Positions 36,408 to 45,966 of a DNA stretch of 64,000 nt are shown here, one piece after another. Location of the stretch: assembly GCA_022616075.1 (NCBI GenBank), contig JAKEFK010000048.1, positions 2,371 through 66,370 on the forward strand. The letters are read 5' to 3'. The stretch's first letter is position 1. Each line of letters opens with the position of its first letter. Source of the stretch: a bacterium (GTDB lineage Bacteria; Acidobacteriota; HRBIN11; JAKEFK01). The position numbers were made by a program, and so were the translations under genes. Under the pieces are notes generated by a model that was not told the origin of the DNA, did no database searches, and was given only the letters and a program-made list of their open reading frames with translations.

Positions 36408-37820
36408 CTACTTAATTGTAAAACCAGCTTCCTGAGTTGCCGATTGACTGCTGCCCTTATCGTTGACAGTCAACTTGATTTTCCATTCGCCCGGTGTGAA
36501 AAAGGATTCACTCAAGGAAAAACTTGTGGGAACGGTCATCTTCTTGCCGGTCACCAGACCCTTGGCAGGAGAAGGCGTTGTTGGCTTCGGTTTGTCGGTT
36601 CCTTTTTGAAAAGTAATGGTTGCTTCCAGGCTTGCTTGACCAGTTGCGTCTTGCTGAAAGTTGTAAGCTTCATAGACAATAATCAACTCATCGGTTTTTG
36701 AGAATACTCGTTCGGTATTCGGATCCACTTTGATCTTTCCAAAGGTATAGGGTGTTTTCTCAGGTTTTGCCTCCGTCAATTGATTGAACTTTTTCGAAAG
36801 GATGATGGAGCTGATCGCGAATTTTCCATCGTATTGAGGAACGCTCAGCGTCTTCTTTACACCGCCGGCTTTTCCTCCGGAGCTTACTGCAAGCGCCACG
36901 GAATATTCGCCGGGGGTCATCGGCAGTCTGCTCTGAAAATAGCCGGCAGGCTCAGCAGGTGTTGCCGTCGCATCCACAAACGGGAGTTCCGTCTCCTTCA
37001 CAGTATTCCCTGTTGAATCGAGGACGCGGATGCCGACTTTTCCGCCGCTTGAATCTGCGCCTGTGTTGAGCGCAAAGGTTGAAAACACCTCGCCTTCAGA
37101 AGTCATGAAAGAATCAACCAGAGCAATTACCGGAATGTCCTTCGGAGCAGCACCCGTTGCGGTTGCATCCAGTGCGGCCTTGACATCGGGGGACGTGACC
37201 GGTGGCGCATCGCTGACTGCGGGTTTCGCTGCGGCCTGTGGCTGCTTCGCAGCCGGCTCTTGCGGAGTGTGCGCTGCTGCCTGACCAGCGCTGATGGCTC
37301 GCTCGCGCGCTTTTTCCAGAAGAGCTTGAGCTATTTTCTTGTCGGCAAATTTCCATGCTCCTCCGGATACTCGGAATTCAATCGTGACCTCCCCGGATGC
37401 TACTTCAGCCGGCAAATTCCGGAAAACCCAAACCTGCTTCCCGGGCGCGCCTCCCTCTTCTTCTTCACCGTAACCCGCAGGTTTTCCTCCTTCCTGTTTT
37501 TGATCCGCTGGAGGCCCCAGCAAAAGCAGCGTCTGGCCCATGTCTGATTCAAAAGCGCGTTTGTCCTTCATCTTGGCATTCACTTGCGCAAAATTCGTTT
37601 CATAGTTGTTTTTGAATTCATTTTCGGGCGTGCCTGCGGTCGGATCTCTTTTTGCCCAGAAATCCGCCACGAATTTCTCCTTGTCTGCGTCAGATTTCAA
37701 TTTCTTGAAATCGGCCTTTTCCTGTTCTGTCATCAGGACTTGAATTTGATCAATCCACTTGTCGGCGGCAAAAGCAACGACAGTCAGAGCGAGAAAACAG
37801 AACATTGCTAACTTTTTCAT
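36408..37820 (-). CDS. GWxTD-family secreted protein (signature degenerate)
   Basis: LMTEQEKADFKKL..FVADFWAKRDPT.GTPENEFK..SDMG..LLGPP; RBS AAGGAG. Confidence 0.8.
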   Translation of the reverse strand: MKKLAMFCFLALTVVAFAADKWIDQIQVLMTEQEKADFKKLKSDADKEKFVADFWAKRDPTAGTPENEFKNNYETNFAQVNAKMKDKRAFESDMGQTLLLLGPPADQKQEGGKPAGYGEEEEGGAPGKQVWVFRNLPAEVASGEVTIEFRVSGGAWKFADKKIAQALLEKARERAISAGQAAAHTPQEPAAKQPQAAAKPAVSDAPPVTSPDVKAALDATATGAAPKDIPVIALVDSFMTSEGEVFSTFALNTGADSSGGKVGIRVLDSTGNTVKETELPFVDATATPAEPAGYFQSRLPMTPGEYSVALAVSSGGKAGGVKKTLSVPQYDGKFAISSIILSKKFNQLTEAKPEKTPYTFGKIKVDPNTERVFSKTDELIIVYEAYNFQQDATGQASLEATITFQKGTDKPKPTTPSPAKGLVTGKKMTVPTSFSLSESFFTPGEWKIKLTVNDKGSSQSATQEAGFTIK

Positions 37821-37845
37821 TGTTCTTTCTCCTTTGAACGTTGAT

Positions 37846-38754
37846 TTAAACAGTGAACCTAACGTATGAGTGCAAGGGGGCCAGGTTTGCGAAGTATTCA
37901 GGGTGAAAAATTTCTGCGAGCATTTCCAGCCCGTCTACCAGACGCGGACCCGACCGGCTGAAATACGAGTTCGCGTCTACTACAAAGATGGCCTGATTCT
38001 GATATGCCCGCAAGTTCTCCCAGGGATAACTTCGCCTGACGCGAAAAAACTCTTCGCGCGCCCTGCCTAAATTATAACCGCACGGCATGAGGATGATAAT
38101 ATCAGGATTCTTTGATTGCAATTCCTCCCAGGACAGGCCGCGAGAAGGCTTTCCCCCTTCTGCCAGAACCTCCTCGGCGCCCGCAAGCTGCACCATTCCA
38201 GGAATCCAGTGTCCAGTGCGCCACAGCGGCTCGAGCCATTCCAGACAACCCACAGTTGGTTTCTCACACAAAGTAGCTGCGGGAGCAATTCTCCTGACCC
38301 TTGCGTGAAGCTTTTGGATTACACCATCAGCATCCATTCCGGCTGATCTGGCAACTGTATCCATGTCGGCAAAGACATCCTCCAACAATTTCGGGCTCAG
38401 GCTGACGATTTCCGGCTTCTTTCCCAACAAATCCACGGCGCGCTGAACTTCTCCAGGAGTGATCGCACACACATGACAAAGATCCTGTGTGACGATCAGA
38501 TCCGGGTCAGCCTCACTCAAAAGTTGATCATTGATTCGATACAAACTCTCCCCCGCTGTTGCAAGACGCTTCACTTCCGTGTCTATTTCTTCTTGCGTCA
38601 TCTTCTCCGAATCGAAAACGCACTGAGTCAGTACCGGCAAGGAGCGCGCTTCGGAGGGGTAATCGCATTCGTGAGTTACTCCCACAACCTTGTCGCCCAA
38701 GCCCAGCGCAAAGAGTATCTCTGTTGCAGATGGTAATAAACTAACGATTCTCAT
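37846..38754 (-). CDS. BtuF-like helical-backbone binding protein without a signal peptide
   Basis: MRIVSLLPSATE, THECDYP, TQDLCHVC, FSRSGPRLVDG. Confidence 0.85.
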   Translation of the reverse strand: MRIVSLLPSATEILFALGLGDKVVGVTHECDYPSEARSLPVLTQCVFDSEKMTQEEIDTEVKRLATAGESLYRINDQLLSEADPDLIVTQDLCHVCAITPGEVQRAVDLLGKKPEIVSLSPKLLEDVFADMDTVARSAGMDADGVIQKLHARVRRIAPAATLCEKPTVGCLEWLEPLWRTGHWIPGMVQLAGAEEVLAEGGKPSRGLSWEELQSKNPDIIILMPCGYNLGRAREEFFRVRRSYPWENLRAYQNQAIFVVDANSYFSRSGPRLVDGLEMLAEIFHPEYFANLAPLHSYVRFTV

Positions 38755-38818
38755 ATTCTAGAATGTGTTAAAACACTTCCTTGAAAGGACGCAATATATT
38801 ATCATTTGACGCTTCTTC

Positions 38819-40624
38819 ATGAAAAATCAAAGAATACGAAACTTTAGTATTATTGCGCACATTGATCATGGCAAGTCGACTCTTGCGGATCGGTTGCTGG
38901 AGCTGACCGGAGCTTTGTCCGCTCGAGAAATGTCGGAACAGGTCCTGGACACAAATACCATCGAGCGAGAGCGTGGCATAACGATCAAAGCTCACGCGGT
39001 TCGCCTGGAATACAAAGCCAAAGATGGCGAGACATACATCCTGAACTTGATTGACACACCCGGACATGTCGATTTTTCCTACGAAGTTTCCCGGTCCCTT
39101 GCTGCATGCGAAGGCGTTCTGCTTGTGGTGGATGCAGCACAAGGTGTAGAAGCTCAAACGCTCGCAAATGCGTATCTTGCCCTCGAAAACAACCTGATCA
39201 TTCTACCGGTGATCAACAAGATCGATCTACCGAGCGCAGACATCGAACGGACAAAAGAACAGCTTCAAAACATCATCGGTTTTACGGATGAAAAGATGTA
39301 CTACGTGAGCGCAAAAACCGGTATCGGTGTGCCGGAGCTGCTGGAAGGATTGATTCATACGATTCCTCCACCCAAGGGAGATCCTGAAGATGCATTGAAG
39401 GCGCTGATTTTCGACTCATGGTACGACTCTTACCGCGGTGTGGTTGTGCTCGTTCGTGTTTTTGAAGGAACGTTGCGTGTACGGGACCGCATCAAATTCA
39501 TGTCAAACAATCAAAGCTACGAAGTGACAGACCTCGGAGTCTTTACGCCGAAAATGAAATCGGTGGATGAGCTGGCCGCCGGAGAAGTCGGTTGTATCAT
39601 CGCCGCAATCAAAAGGATCGAGGATACAAAGATAGGCGACACTGTCACATTGGAAAAACGACCCACTGATGCGCCTTTGCCGGGATTTCGAGAAATCAAA
39701 CCGATGGTTTTTGCTGGCCTGTATCCCACAGAAAGCACGGAATACGAATCGCTCAGAGATGCTTTGGAAAAGCTCCGATTAAACGATTCATCCTTTTTCT
39801 TCGAGCCGGAGAATTCAATGGCGCTCGGATTTGGTTTCCGCTGCGGTTTTCTCGGATTGCTTCACATGGAAATCATTCAGCAAAGGTTGGAAAATGAATT
39901 CAACATTTCTCTGATTACAACCGCTCCGAATGTCCGCTACCGAATGATTTTAACCAGCGGCACCGTCCTGGAAATCGAAAATCCATCGAAAATGCCGGCA
40001 AGCCAGCTGATCACACAGATGGAAGAACCGATGATCGAAGCATTGATCATGACAAAAGACGAATTTGTTGGTCCGATTCTGAAGATCTGCGAGGCCCGGC
40101 GTGGCGTGCAAAAAGGGATGGAATATCTTTCCACAGATCGCGTGCTGATCAAGTACGATCTTCCGTTGAACGAGATCGTGATCGATTTTTACGACGCCTT
40201 GAAATCCGTGTCCAGAGGTTATGCTTCCTTCGACTACAACTTCATCGGCTATCAGCCCTCCGAACTCGTGAAGCTCGATCTCCTCGTAAATGGCGAGCCT
40301 GTGGACGCCCTTTCGTTGATCCTCCATAAGGAAAAAGCTTATTATAGAGGGCGTGCTCTTGCCGCAAAAATGAAGTCGCTGATTCCCCGTCAGCTCTTCG
40401 AAGTCGTGATTCAAGCAGCCATCGGACATAAAATCATAGCTCGTGAAACCGTTTCTGCAATGCGCAAGAACGTGATTGCCAAATGCTATGGCGGGGACAT
40501 CACGCGAAAGCGAAAACTACTGGAGAAACAAAAAGAAGGCAAGAAGAGAATGAAGCGTGTGGGAAAAGTCGATATCCCGCAAGAAGCCTTTCTCGCAATC
40601 CTGAAGGAGGATCAAAAGCAATAA
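38819..40624 (+). CDS. lepA: translation elongation factor 4
   Basis: [53 protein letters not shown]. Confidence 0.99.
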   Translation: MKNQRIRNFSIIAHIDHGKSTLADRLLELTGALSAREMSEQVLDTNTIERERGITIKAHAVRLEYKAKDGETYILNLIDTPGHVDFSYEVSRSLAACEGVLLVVDAAQGVEAQTLANAYLALENNLIILPVINKIDLPSADIERTKEQLQNIIGFTDEKMYYVSAKTGIGVPELLEGLIHTIPPPKGDPEDALKALIFDSWYDSYRGVVVLVRVFEGTLRVRDRIKFMSNNQSYEVTDLGVFTPKMKSVDELAAGEVGCIIAAIKRIEDTKIGDTVTLEKRPTDAPLPGFREIKPMVFAGLYPTESTEYESLRDALEKLRLNDSSFFFEPENSMALGFGFRCGFLGLLHMEIIQQRLENEFNISLITTAPNVRYRMILTSGTVLEIENPSKMPASQLITQMEEPMIEALIMTKDEFVGPILKICEARRGVQKGMEYLSTDRVLIKYDLPLNEIVIDFYDALKSVSRGYASFDYNFIGYQPSELVKLDLLVNGEPVDALSLILHKEKAYYRGRALAAKMKSLIPRQLFEVVIQAAIGHKIIARETVSAMRKNVIAKCYGGDITRKRKLLEKQKEGKKRMKRVGKVDIPQEAFLAILKEDQKQ

Positions 40625-41310
40625 TGGAAACTGTCGAATTCAAAAAATCAGTCGCTCGTGAGTATTTTGAAGCGATTGTACTCGCCGTTGTCCTTGCATT
40701 ATTTTTTCGGACCTTTGTTGTAGAAGCGTTTAAGATACCCAGCAGCTCCATGGAAGACAATCTGTTGATTGGCGATCACATACTAGTGAACAAGTTTGCT
40801 TACGCGCCAACGATGTTTAATTGGGAGAAAAAGATTTTGCCGATCAGGAACGTGAGCCGGACTGATGTAATTGTTTTCAAATATCCGGAAGACCCTGGCC
40901 GGAATTTCATTAAGAGAGTTATCGCTGTTGAGAACGAAGAAATCGAAATTCGGAACCGCCAGGTCCTTATTAACAGTAAACCGATTGAAGAACCGTACAA
41001 AGTGCATAAATCCGATTTACAGCCGGATCTTGTAGGAATTGTCAGTGATGATTTTGGACCCAAAAAGGTCGGAAAAGGTCTTTATTTTGCCATGGGAGAT
41101 AACCGCGACAACAGCAAAGATAGTCGCGCGTGGGGACTTGTGCCGAAGGATTTTATAAAAGGGAGAGCTTTCATTGTTTACTGGTCATTTGACGGACCGC
41201 AAAACATTGGACCATCCACCATGGGAGAAAATCTGCGGCACATTGCGCATATCGTTGTGAATTTTATTCCAGACACGCGGTGGGAACGCTTCTTCAAAAT
41301 CATCCGGTGA
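40624..41310 (+). CDS. lepB: signal peptidase I
   Basis: IPSSSME, FIKRV, GDNRDNSKDSR; TAATG coupling to lepA. Confidence 0.96.
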   Translation: METVEFKKSVAREYFEAIVLAVVLALFFRTFVVEAFKIPSSSMEDNLLIGDHILVNKFAYAPTMFNWEKKILPIRNVSRTDVIVFKYPEDPGRNFIKRVIAVENEEIEIRNRQVLINSKPIEEPYKVHKSDLQPDLVGIVSDDFGPKKVGKGLYFAMGDNRDNSKDSRAWGLVPKDFIKGRAFIVYWSFDGPQNIGPSTMGENLRHIAHIVVNFIPDTRWERFFKIIR

Positions 41311-42248
41311 TGAACTTTGTACCGCCGGCTTCCAGCCGGCAGTCTGTAGCGCCGGCGGCTCGCCGGCGAAACATATCTGCACTCAGAGCATCGTTAACTG
41401 TATTCATCCTTCTAATCCCCCTCCTGTCCTTCTCCTCCTCACCCACCGTCGTCTTCATGAGCGACTTCGGCACCATCGATGACTCCGTCGCTATTTGCAA
41501 AGGTGTAATGCTTGGAATCGAACCGGATCTTCGCATCATCGATATCACCCATGAAGTTCAGCCCTTTTCCATCATGGATGCAGCGCGTTTCCTTGCAGGT
41601 ACAGCACCTCACTTTCCTTCGGGCACGGTATTTGTTGTGGTAGTAGATCCGGGAGTAGGAAGCGTACGAAAACCGATCGTGGTCAAATCGCGAAAAAACC
41701 AGTTTTTCGTGCTCCCTGACAATGGCTTGATCACGCTCGTGGAAGAGGCCGATGGTATCGAGAGTGTGCGGGAAATCACAAACATAAAATGGATGAACGG
41801 GAATGCGCTCTCCTCAACCTTTCATGGCCGGGATATTTTTTCGCCTGTGGCTGCGCATCTGGCAAGCGGCAAAGATTGGATTGAGGTGGGACCCGTAGTC
41901 CCGACTCCGATCCGTCTGGATGTCCACCGATCCAGGATCGATGAAAAAGGACTCACGGGTGAAATTATCGGAACTGACGGTCCTTACGGAAACCTCCTGA
42001 CAAACATCCCGGCAGAAATATTCCAGAAGATGAACATCGCGCTAGGCGATCTCATTCATGCGCGGATCGGAGAACGTGATTTTGAAATTCCGTTCGTCAA
42101 AACATTCAGTGATGTGGCTGTAGGTCAACCTCTTTTCTACATCGATTCGCGCGGGCGTCTCGGAATCGCTATCAATCAAGGCAACTTCGCGGACGCATAT
42201 AAAATACGTCCTCCCGCCCCAATCTTTGTTTATCGCAGAAAGCCGTAA
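41310..42248 (+). CDS. SAM hydroxide adenosyltransferase (DUF62 family) with a predicted signal peptide
   Basis: SDFG, VVDPGVGSVRK, PDNGL, STFHGRDIF, YGNLLTN; TGATG coupling to lepB. Confidence 0.88.
   Translation: MNFVPPASSRQSVAPAARRRNISALRASLTVFILLIPLLSFSSSPTVVFMSDFGTIDDSVAICKGVMLGIEPDLRIIDITHEVQPFSIMDAARFLAGTAPHFPSGTVFVVVVDPGVGSVRKPIVVKSRKNQFFVLPDNGLITLVEEADGIESVREITNIKWMNGNALSSTFHGRDIFSPVAAHLASGKDWIEVGPVVPTPIRLDVHRSRIDEKGLTGEIIGTDGPYGNLLTNIPAEIFQKMNIALGDLIHARIGERDFEIPFVKTFSDVAVGQPLFYIDSRGRLGIAINQGNFADAYKIRPPAPIFVYRRKP
41318..41370. repeat. REP-like hairpins inside the 5' end of a CDS
   Basis: TGTACCGCCGGCTTCCAGCCGGC and TGTAGCGCCGGCGGCTCGCCGGCG. Confidence 0.65.
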
Positions 42249-42289
42249 TGGACGCACAGTAAGCAAATATTGTAGAATGGGGCGCTTTT

Positions 42290-42343
42290 GTAGCGCGGAC
42301 GTCTCGTCTGCGCGCAGTTCCGCAGGCGGGACGCCCGCGCTAC
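42290..42343. repeat. REP-like palindrome, family A
   Basis: GTAGCGCGGACGTCTCGTCTGCG...CGCAGGCGGGACGCCCGCGCTAC, in the 5' leader of the next gene. Confidence 0.85.
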
Positions 42344-42361
42344 TTTGCGAGTTGTTTAGTT

Positions 42362-43333
42362 ATGAAGATTGCTGAAAATTTACTGGACTTGATCGGCAAC
42401 ACGCCGCTCGTTTATTTAAACAAAGTTGTTCCAGCTTCCGGCGCCCGGATCGCGGCAAAACTGGAATTCTTTAACCCGTGCGGTTCTGTCAAAGATCGCA
42501 TAGGACTTCACATGGTTCGGGATGCCGTCCAAAGAGGCGCGCTGAAGCCAGGCGGAACCATCATAGAACCGACTTCAGGTAACACCGGTCTCGGCCTTGC
42601 TATGGTTGCAAATATCCTGGGTTACAAGATGATCGCAGTCATGCCGGACAAAGTTCCTGTGGAGAAGATTCGTTTACTCGAAGCATACGGAGTGGAATGC
42701 GTCATTTGTCCCACCGATGTGGATCCCACAGATCCCAGATCCTATTACGAGACGTCCAATCGATTAAACCGGGAAATCCCAAATTCCTTCTTACCGCAGC
42801 AATATTACAACCCGAAAAATCCGGACGCTCATTATCAAACGACAGGCCCCGAAATCTGGCGCGATACGGATGGAAAACTGGATGCATTCGTCGCCGGTTG
42901 TGGAACCGGTGGAACCATTACAGGAACCGCCAGGTTCTTGAAAGAAAAAAATCCCGGCGTGCGAGTTGTGGGCATCGATACGGTTGGCTCCGTAATTAAA
43001 GGCTACTTCGAAACGGGAAAAATTGAAGGCTATCATCCTTACTTGATTGATGGAATCGGCGAAGATTTTATCCCAGGCGCTTACAATTTCGAATACATTG
43101 ATGAAATCATTCAAGTTCCGGATAAAGAAGCGTATGAAATCACCATGCGTCTGGCGAAAGAGGAAAGCATTTTTGTCGGCTCTTCAGGTGGAGCAGCCGT
43201 TGCGGGAGCAATACATGTTGCTGAAAGGATGAAACCGGAACAGCTTGTTGTGGTGATCCTACCGGATACCGGAACCAGGTATCTTTCCAAACTCAACCAG
43301 GAATGGTTGCGCTCCAAACACCTCGTTGATTAG
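42362..43333 (+). CDS. PLP-dependent cysteine synthase / cystathionine beta-synthase family
   Basis: IGNTPLV, NPCGSVKDR, EPTSGNTG, GTGGT, DGIGEDF (CBS-like). Confidence 0.93.
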   Translation: MKIAENLLDLIGNTPLVYLNKVVPASGARIAAKLEFFNPCGSVKDRIGLHMVRDAVQRGALKPGGTIIEPTSGNTGLGLAMVANILGYKMIAVMPDKVPVEKIRLLEAYGVECVICPTDVDPTDPRSYYETSNRLNREIPNSFLPQQYYNPKNPDAHYQTTGPEIWRDTDGKLDAFVAGCGTGGTITGTARFLKEKNPGVRVVGIDTVGSVIKGYFETGKIEGYHPYLIDGIGEDFIPGAYNFEYIDEIIQVPDKEAYEITMRLAKEESIFVGSSGGAAVAGAIHVAERMKPEQLVVVILPDTGTRYLSKLNQEWLRSKHLVD

Positions 43334-44144
43334 AATTTTTGCCCGTGTTGTTTCGCTAATTGCGCTGTTACTCTGCGTAGCAACCGCTTCTGCCGAACCG
43401 AAGAGGATTGTTTCCATCGCTCCCAGCTTCACTGAGATTCTTTACGCTCTGGGCGCCGGCCCGCAGATCGTCGGCACAACCCTTTATTGCGACTATCCCG
43501 CCGAAGCAACGAAAACCGAAAAAATTGGAGACGTGCTGAATCCCAATGTGGAAAAAATTATTTCTTTGAAACCGGACATAGTATTCGCCGGAAATTGGAA
43601 ATGGAATGTGCCTGAAAAGTTACGAGCCGCAGGCATTCTGGTTGTAGAGGTTCCGGATGCCCAGACTCTTGATGATGTTTTTCAGCGATTCAATCTGATA
43701 GCCGGCAAGATCAACCGGCTCCCTGCTGCCACACAATTGATCGCAACCATGAAACAACAGATGGAAGAAATTCGGAAGCGAGCCGCTGCCAAACCACAGC
43801 GCACTGTATACATGGAGATTGATGCCGGCAATTGGACAGTTGGAGGCCAATCTTACCTCACAGAAATTTTGAAAGTCCTGGGTCTTCGAAACGTCTTTGG
43901 TGAACGGCAGGAACCTTATCTAACCGTTACGATGGAATCGGTCGTTGCCAGAAATCCCGATCTGCTGATGTCTCTCAGCCGCACGCAAGAAGAGTATCAG
44001 AGCCTGGCGGCTTGGCGGGCTTTGCGCGCTGTTCGCGAAGGTAAGATCATTGACAAGAATGCGATTGATTGGAATGCTATCACTCATCAGGGATCCCGTT
44101 TGATCGAAGGGATCCAGCAACTGGATTCACTGCTGAACAAGTAA
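43326..44144 (+). CDS. periplasmic cobalamin/siderophore-binding protein (BtuF-like)
   Basis: Signal peptide ending ASA, RIVSIAPSFTE, YCDYP, PNVEKIISLKPD. Confidence 0.88.
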   Translation: MIRIFARVVSLIALLLCVATASAEPKRIVSIAPSFTEILYALGAGPQIVGTTLYCDYPAEATKTEKIGDVLNPNVEKIISLKPDIVFAGNWKWNVPEKLRAAGILVVEVPDAQTLDDVFQRFNLIAGKINRLPAATQLIATMKQQMEEIRKRAAAKPQRTVYMEIDAGNWTVGGQSYLTEILKVLGLRNVFGERQEPYLTVTMESVVARNPDLLMSLSRTQEEYQSLAAWRALRAVREGKIIDKNAIDWNAITHQGSRLIEGIQQLDSLLNK

Positions 44145-44149
44145 ACTAT

Positions 44150-44263
44150 TTTTAACAGAAGAACGCAAAGATCAAGAAAAGTAGCGCGGGCGTCCCGCCT
44201 GCGAACGCTACGCAGACGAGACGTCCGCGTTCCTTCGCGTCCTTCGCGATCTTCTGTTCAAAA
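44150..44263. repeat. family A REP nested inside a family B-like palindrome
   Basis: Outer arms TTTTAACAGAAGAACGCAAAG / CTTCGCGATCTTCTGTTCAAAA; inner GTAGCGCGGGCGTCCCGCCTGCG...GACGTCCGCG at 44181-44229. Confidence 0.75.
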
Positions 44264-44266
44264 AAA

Positions 44267-45019
44267 ATGCGAATCATCAGTTTGGTGCCATCGATAACCG
44301 AAACACTGTTCGAACTGGGTCTGGGTGATCAGATCGTAGCCGTCACCCGGTGGTGCACCAGACCAGCAGAAAAGGTTATCCATAAACCAAAAGTTGGTGG
44401 AACCAAGAATCCAAAACTGCAATCCATACTTGAATTCAAGCCTGATATTGTCATTTTGGATTGCGACGAAAACCGCAAAGAAGATGCCAAGGCGTTGGAG
44501 AAAAACAAGATCCGCACCTTTACAGTCTTTCCAAAAACGATTGACGATTCTATTCACATGATCCGGCAGCTGGGTGAGTTGTTTTCCGTGCAGCCCGCAG
44601 CTGCTGCAATGACTGAGGAGATTCAAAAGCTGCGAGAAGCATACAAGCCCGATCGTATCTATGAAAGCCTGATTCTGATCTGGCGCAAACCATACATGAC
44701 AATCAACGCTGATACTTATGTTCACTCTGCCTGCGAGCTTTTTGGATTTCGCAATGTTTTTGCTTCCCATCAAAAACGATATCCGCCGTTAACGCCGGAA
44801 GAAATCGAGCAGATCGATCCGGAAATGATTCTTTTTCCTGACGAACCTTATCCATTTCGACGCAAACATCTGGATCTCTTCCAACAAGAGTTTCCTGGTA
44901 TAAGAGCCGTGAGCAACGGTCAGATGTTCCTCTTTGACGGCAGCCACGTCGCCTGGCATGGCTTCGGGACATTGCGGGCCTTGCGCGAATTTCCGCTACA
45001 ATTTCTTAACAAAAAATGA
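44267..45019 (+). CDS. helical-backbone metal receptor family protein without a signal peptide
   Basis: MRIISLVPSITETL, VGGTKNP, DENRKED, PDEPYPF, DG...WHG. Confidence 0.85.
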   Translation: MRIISLVPSITETLFELGLGDQIVAVTRWCTRPAEKVIHKPKVGGTKNPKLQSILEFKPDIVILDCDENRKEDAKALEKNKIRTFTVFPKTIDDSIHMIRQLGELFSVQPAAAAMTEEIQKLREAYKPDRIYESLILIWRKPYMTINADTYVHSACELFGFRNVFASHQKRYPPLTPEEIEQIDPEMILFPDEPYPFRRKHLDLFQQEFPGIRAVSNGQMFLFDGSHVAWHGFGTLRALREFPLQFLNKK

Positions 45020-45966
45020 GCGGACATTTCGTTCGATGGATGTTTACGTTAGCTCTGTTGCTTGTGATCACATTTGCTGCTTCTCTATGGATTGGTGAAG
45101 TCCGCGAATGGAATCCCGCTGTGGTTTTCAACATCCGTTTGCCGCGCGCGCTGCTTGGACTCGTCGTTGGAATCGCGCTGGCAACTGCCGGTGCAGTTTA
45201 TCAGGGATTGTTGCGAAATCCTCTTGCTGATCCGTACATTCTGGGAACTTCAAGCGCTGGAACTTTCGGAGCTCTGGTTGCAACGATTCTGAATTTTCAT
45301 TTCCAATATACGCTTTATATTTTTTCAATTGGCGCCTGCTTCCTGAGCATGTTGCTTGTGTACCGCATCGCCACAACACACGGACGAACTCCCATCCAAA
45401 CGCTCATACTGGCAGGCGTTGTCTCCAGCACTTTCTTCAGCGCGCTCGTTCTGCTCTTATTCACACTATTCCGGCGCGAATCCTTTTCCGTTCTATTCTT
45501 CATGCTGGGTTCTCTTTCAATCGCGGGCACAGGTTGGTCGATTGTGGTTTCGGGTTCGCTGGTCCTGGTAGGTCTGCTGATCGCGCTTTTTTATGCGCGA
45601 GACCTCGATGCGATGAGCGGTGGAGAAGAAGATGCAATTCATCTCGGCATCAAAGTTGAGACGACCAAGCAAATCCTTTTCTTCTCCTCTTCCCTTCTGG
45701 TAGGCGCAAGTGTTGCCCTGGCAGGCTCCATCGGATTTGTCGGTTTGATCATTCCTCATATTCTTCGTTTGTTGGTCGGACCATCGCACCGCAAATTGAT
45801 TCTCGCAAGCGCCATCGGTGGCGCATTCTTCCTGGTGTTGATGGACATTCTGTCGCGAACGATTTTTTCTCCCGTGGAAATTCCGGTCGGCGTTTTTACT
45901 TCCCTTTGCGGCGCGCCCTTCTTTATCTTTCTCTTAAAAAAGAAACAAAAGGAACTGGTGTATTAA
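45016..45966 (+). CDS. FecCD/BtuC-family ABC permease
   Basis: IRLPR, RNPLADPYILG, GSIGFVGLIIPH, EIPVGVFT. Confidence 0.95.
   Translation: MSGHFVRWMFTLALLLVITFAASLWIGEVREWNPAVVFNIRLPRALLGLVVGIALATAGAVYQGLLRNPLADPYILGTSSAGTFGALVATILNFHFQYTLYIFSIGACFLSMLLVYRIATTHGRTPIQTLILAGVVSSTFFSALVLLLFTLFRRESFSVLFFMLGSLSIAGTGWSIVVSGSLVLVGLLIALFYARDLDAMSGGEEDAIHLGIKVETTKQILFFSSSLLVGASVALAGSIGFVGLIIPHILRLLVGPSHRKLILASAIGGAFFLVLMDILSRTIFSPVEIPVGVFTSLCGAPFFIFLLKKKQKELVY

Noticed and set aside
41310..42248. Fluorinase or chlorinase
   Set aside because: It carries TFHGRD and DPGVGxxR of the hydroxide adenosyltransferase branch, not the halogenase motifs
42249..42361. Cobalamin riboswitch upstream of the BtuFCD-like genes
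   Set aside because: The intergenic space is short and filled by a REP palindrome; no B12-box is seen here or at 44145-44266
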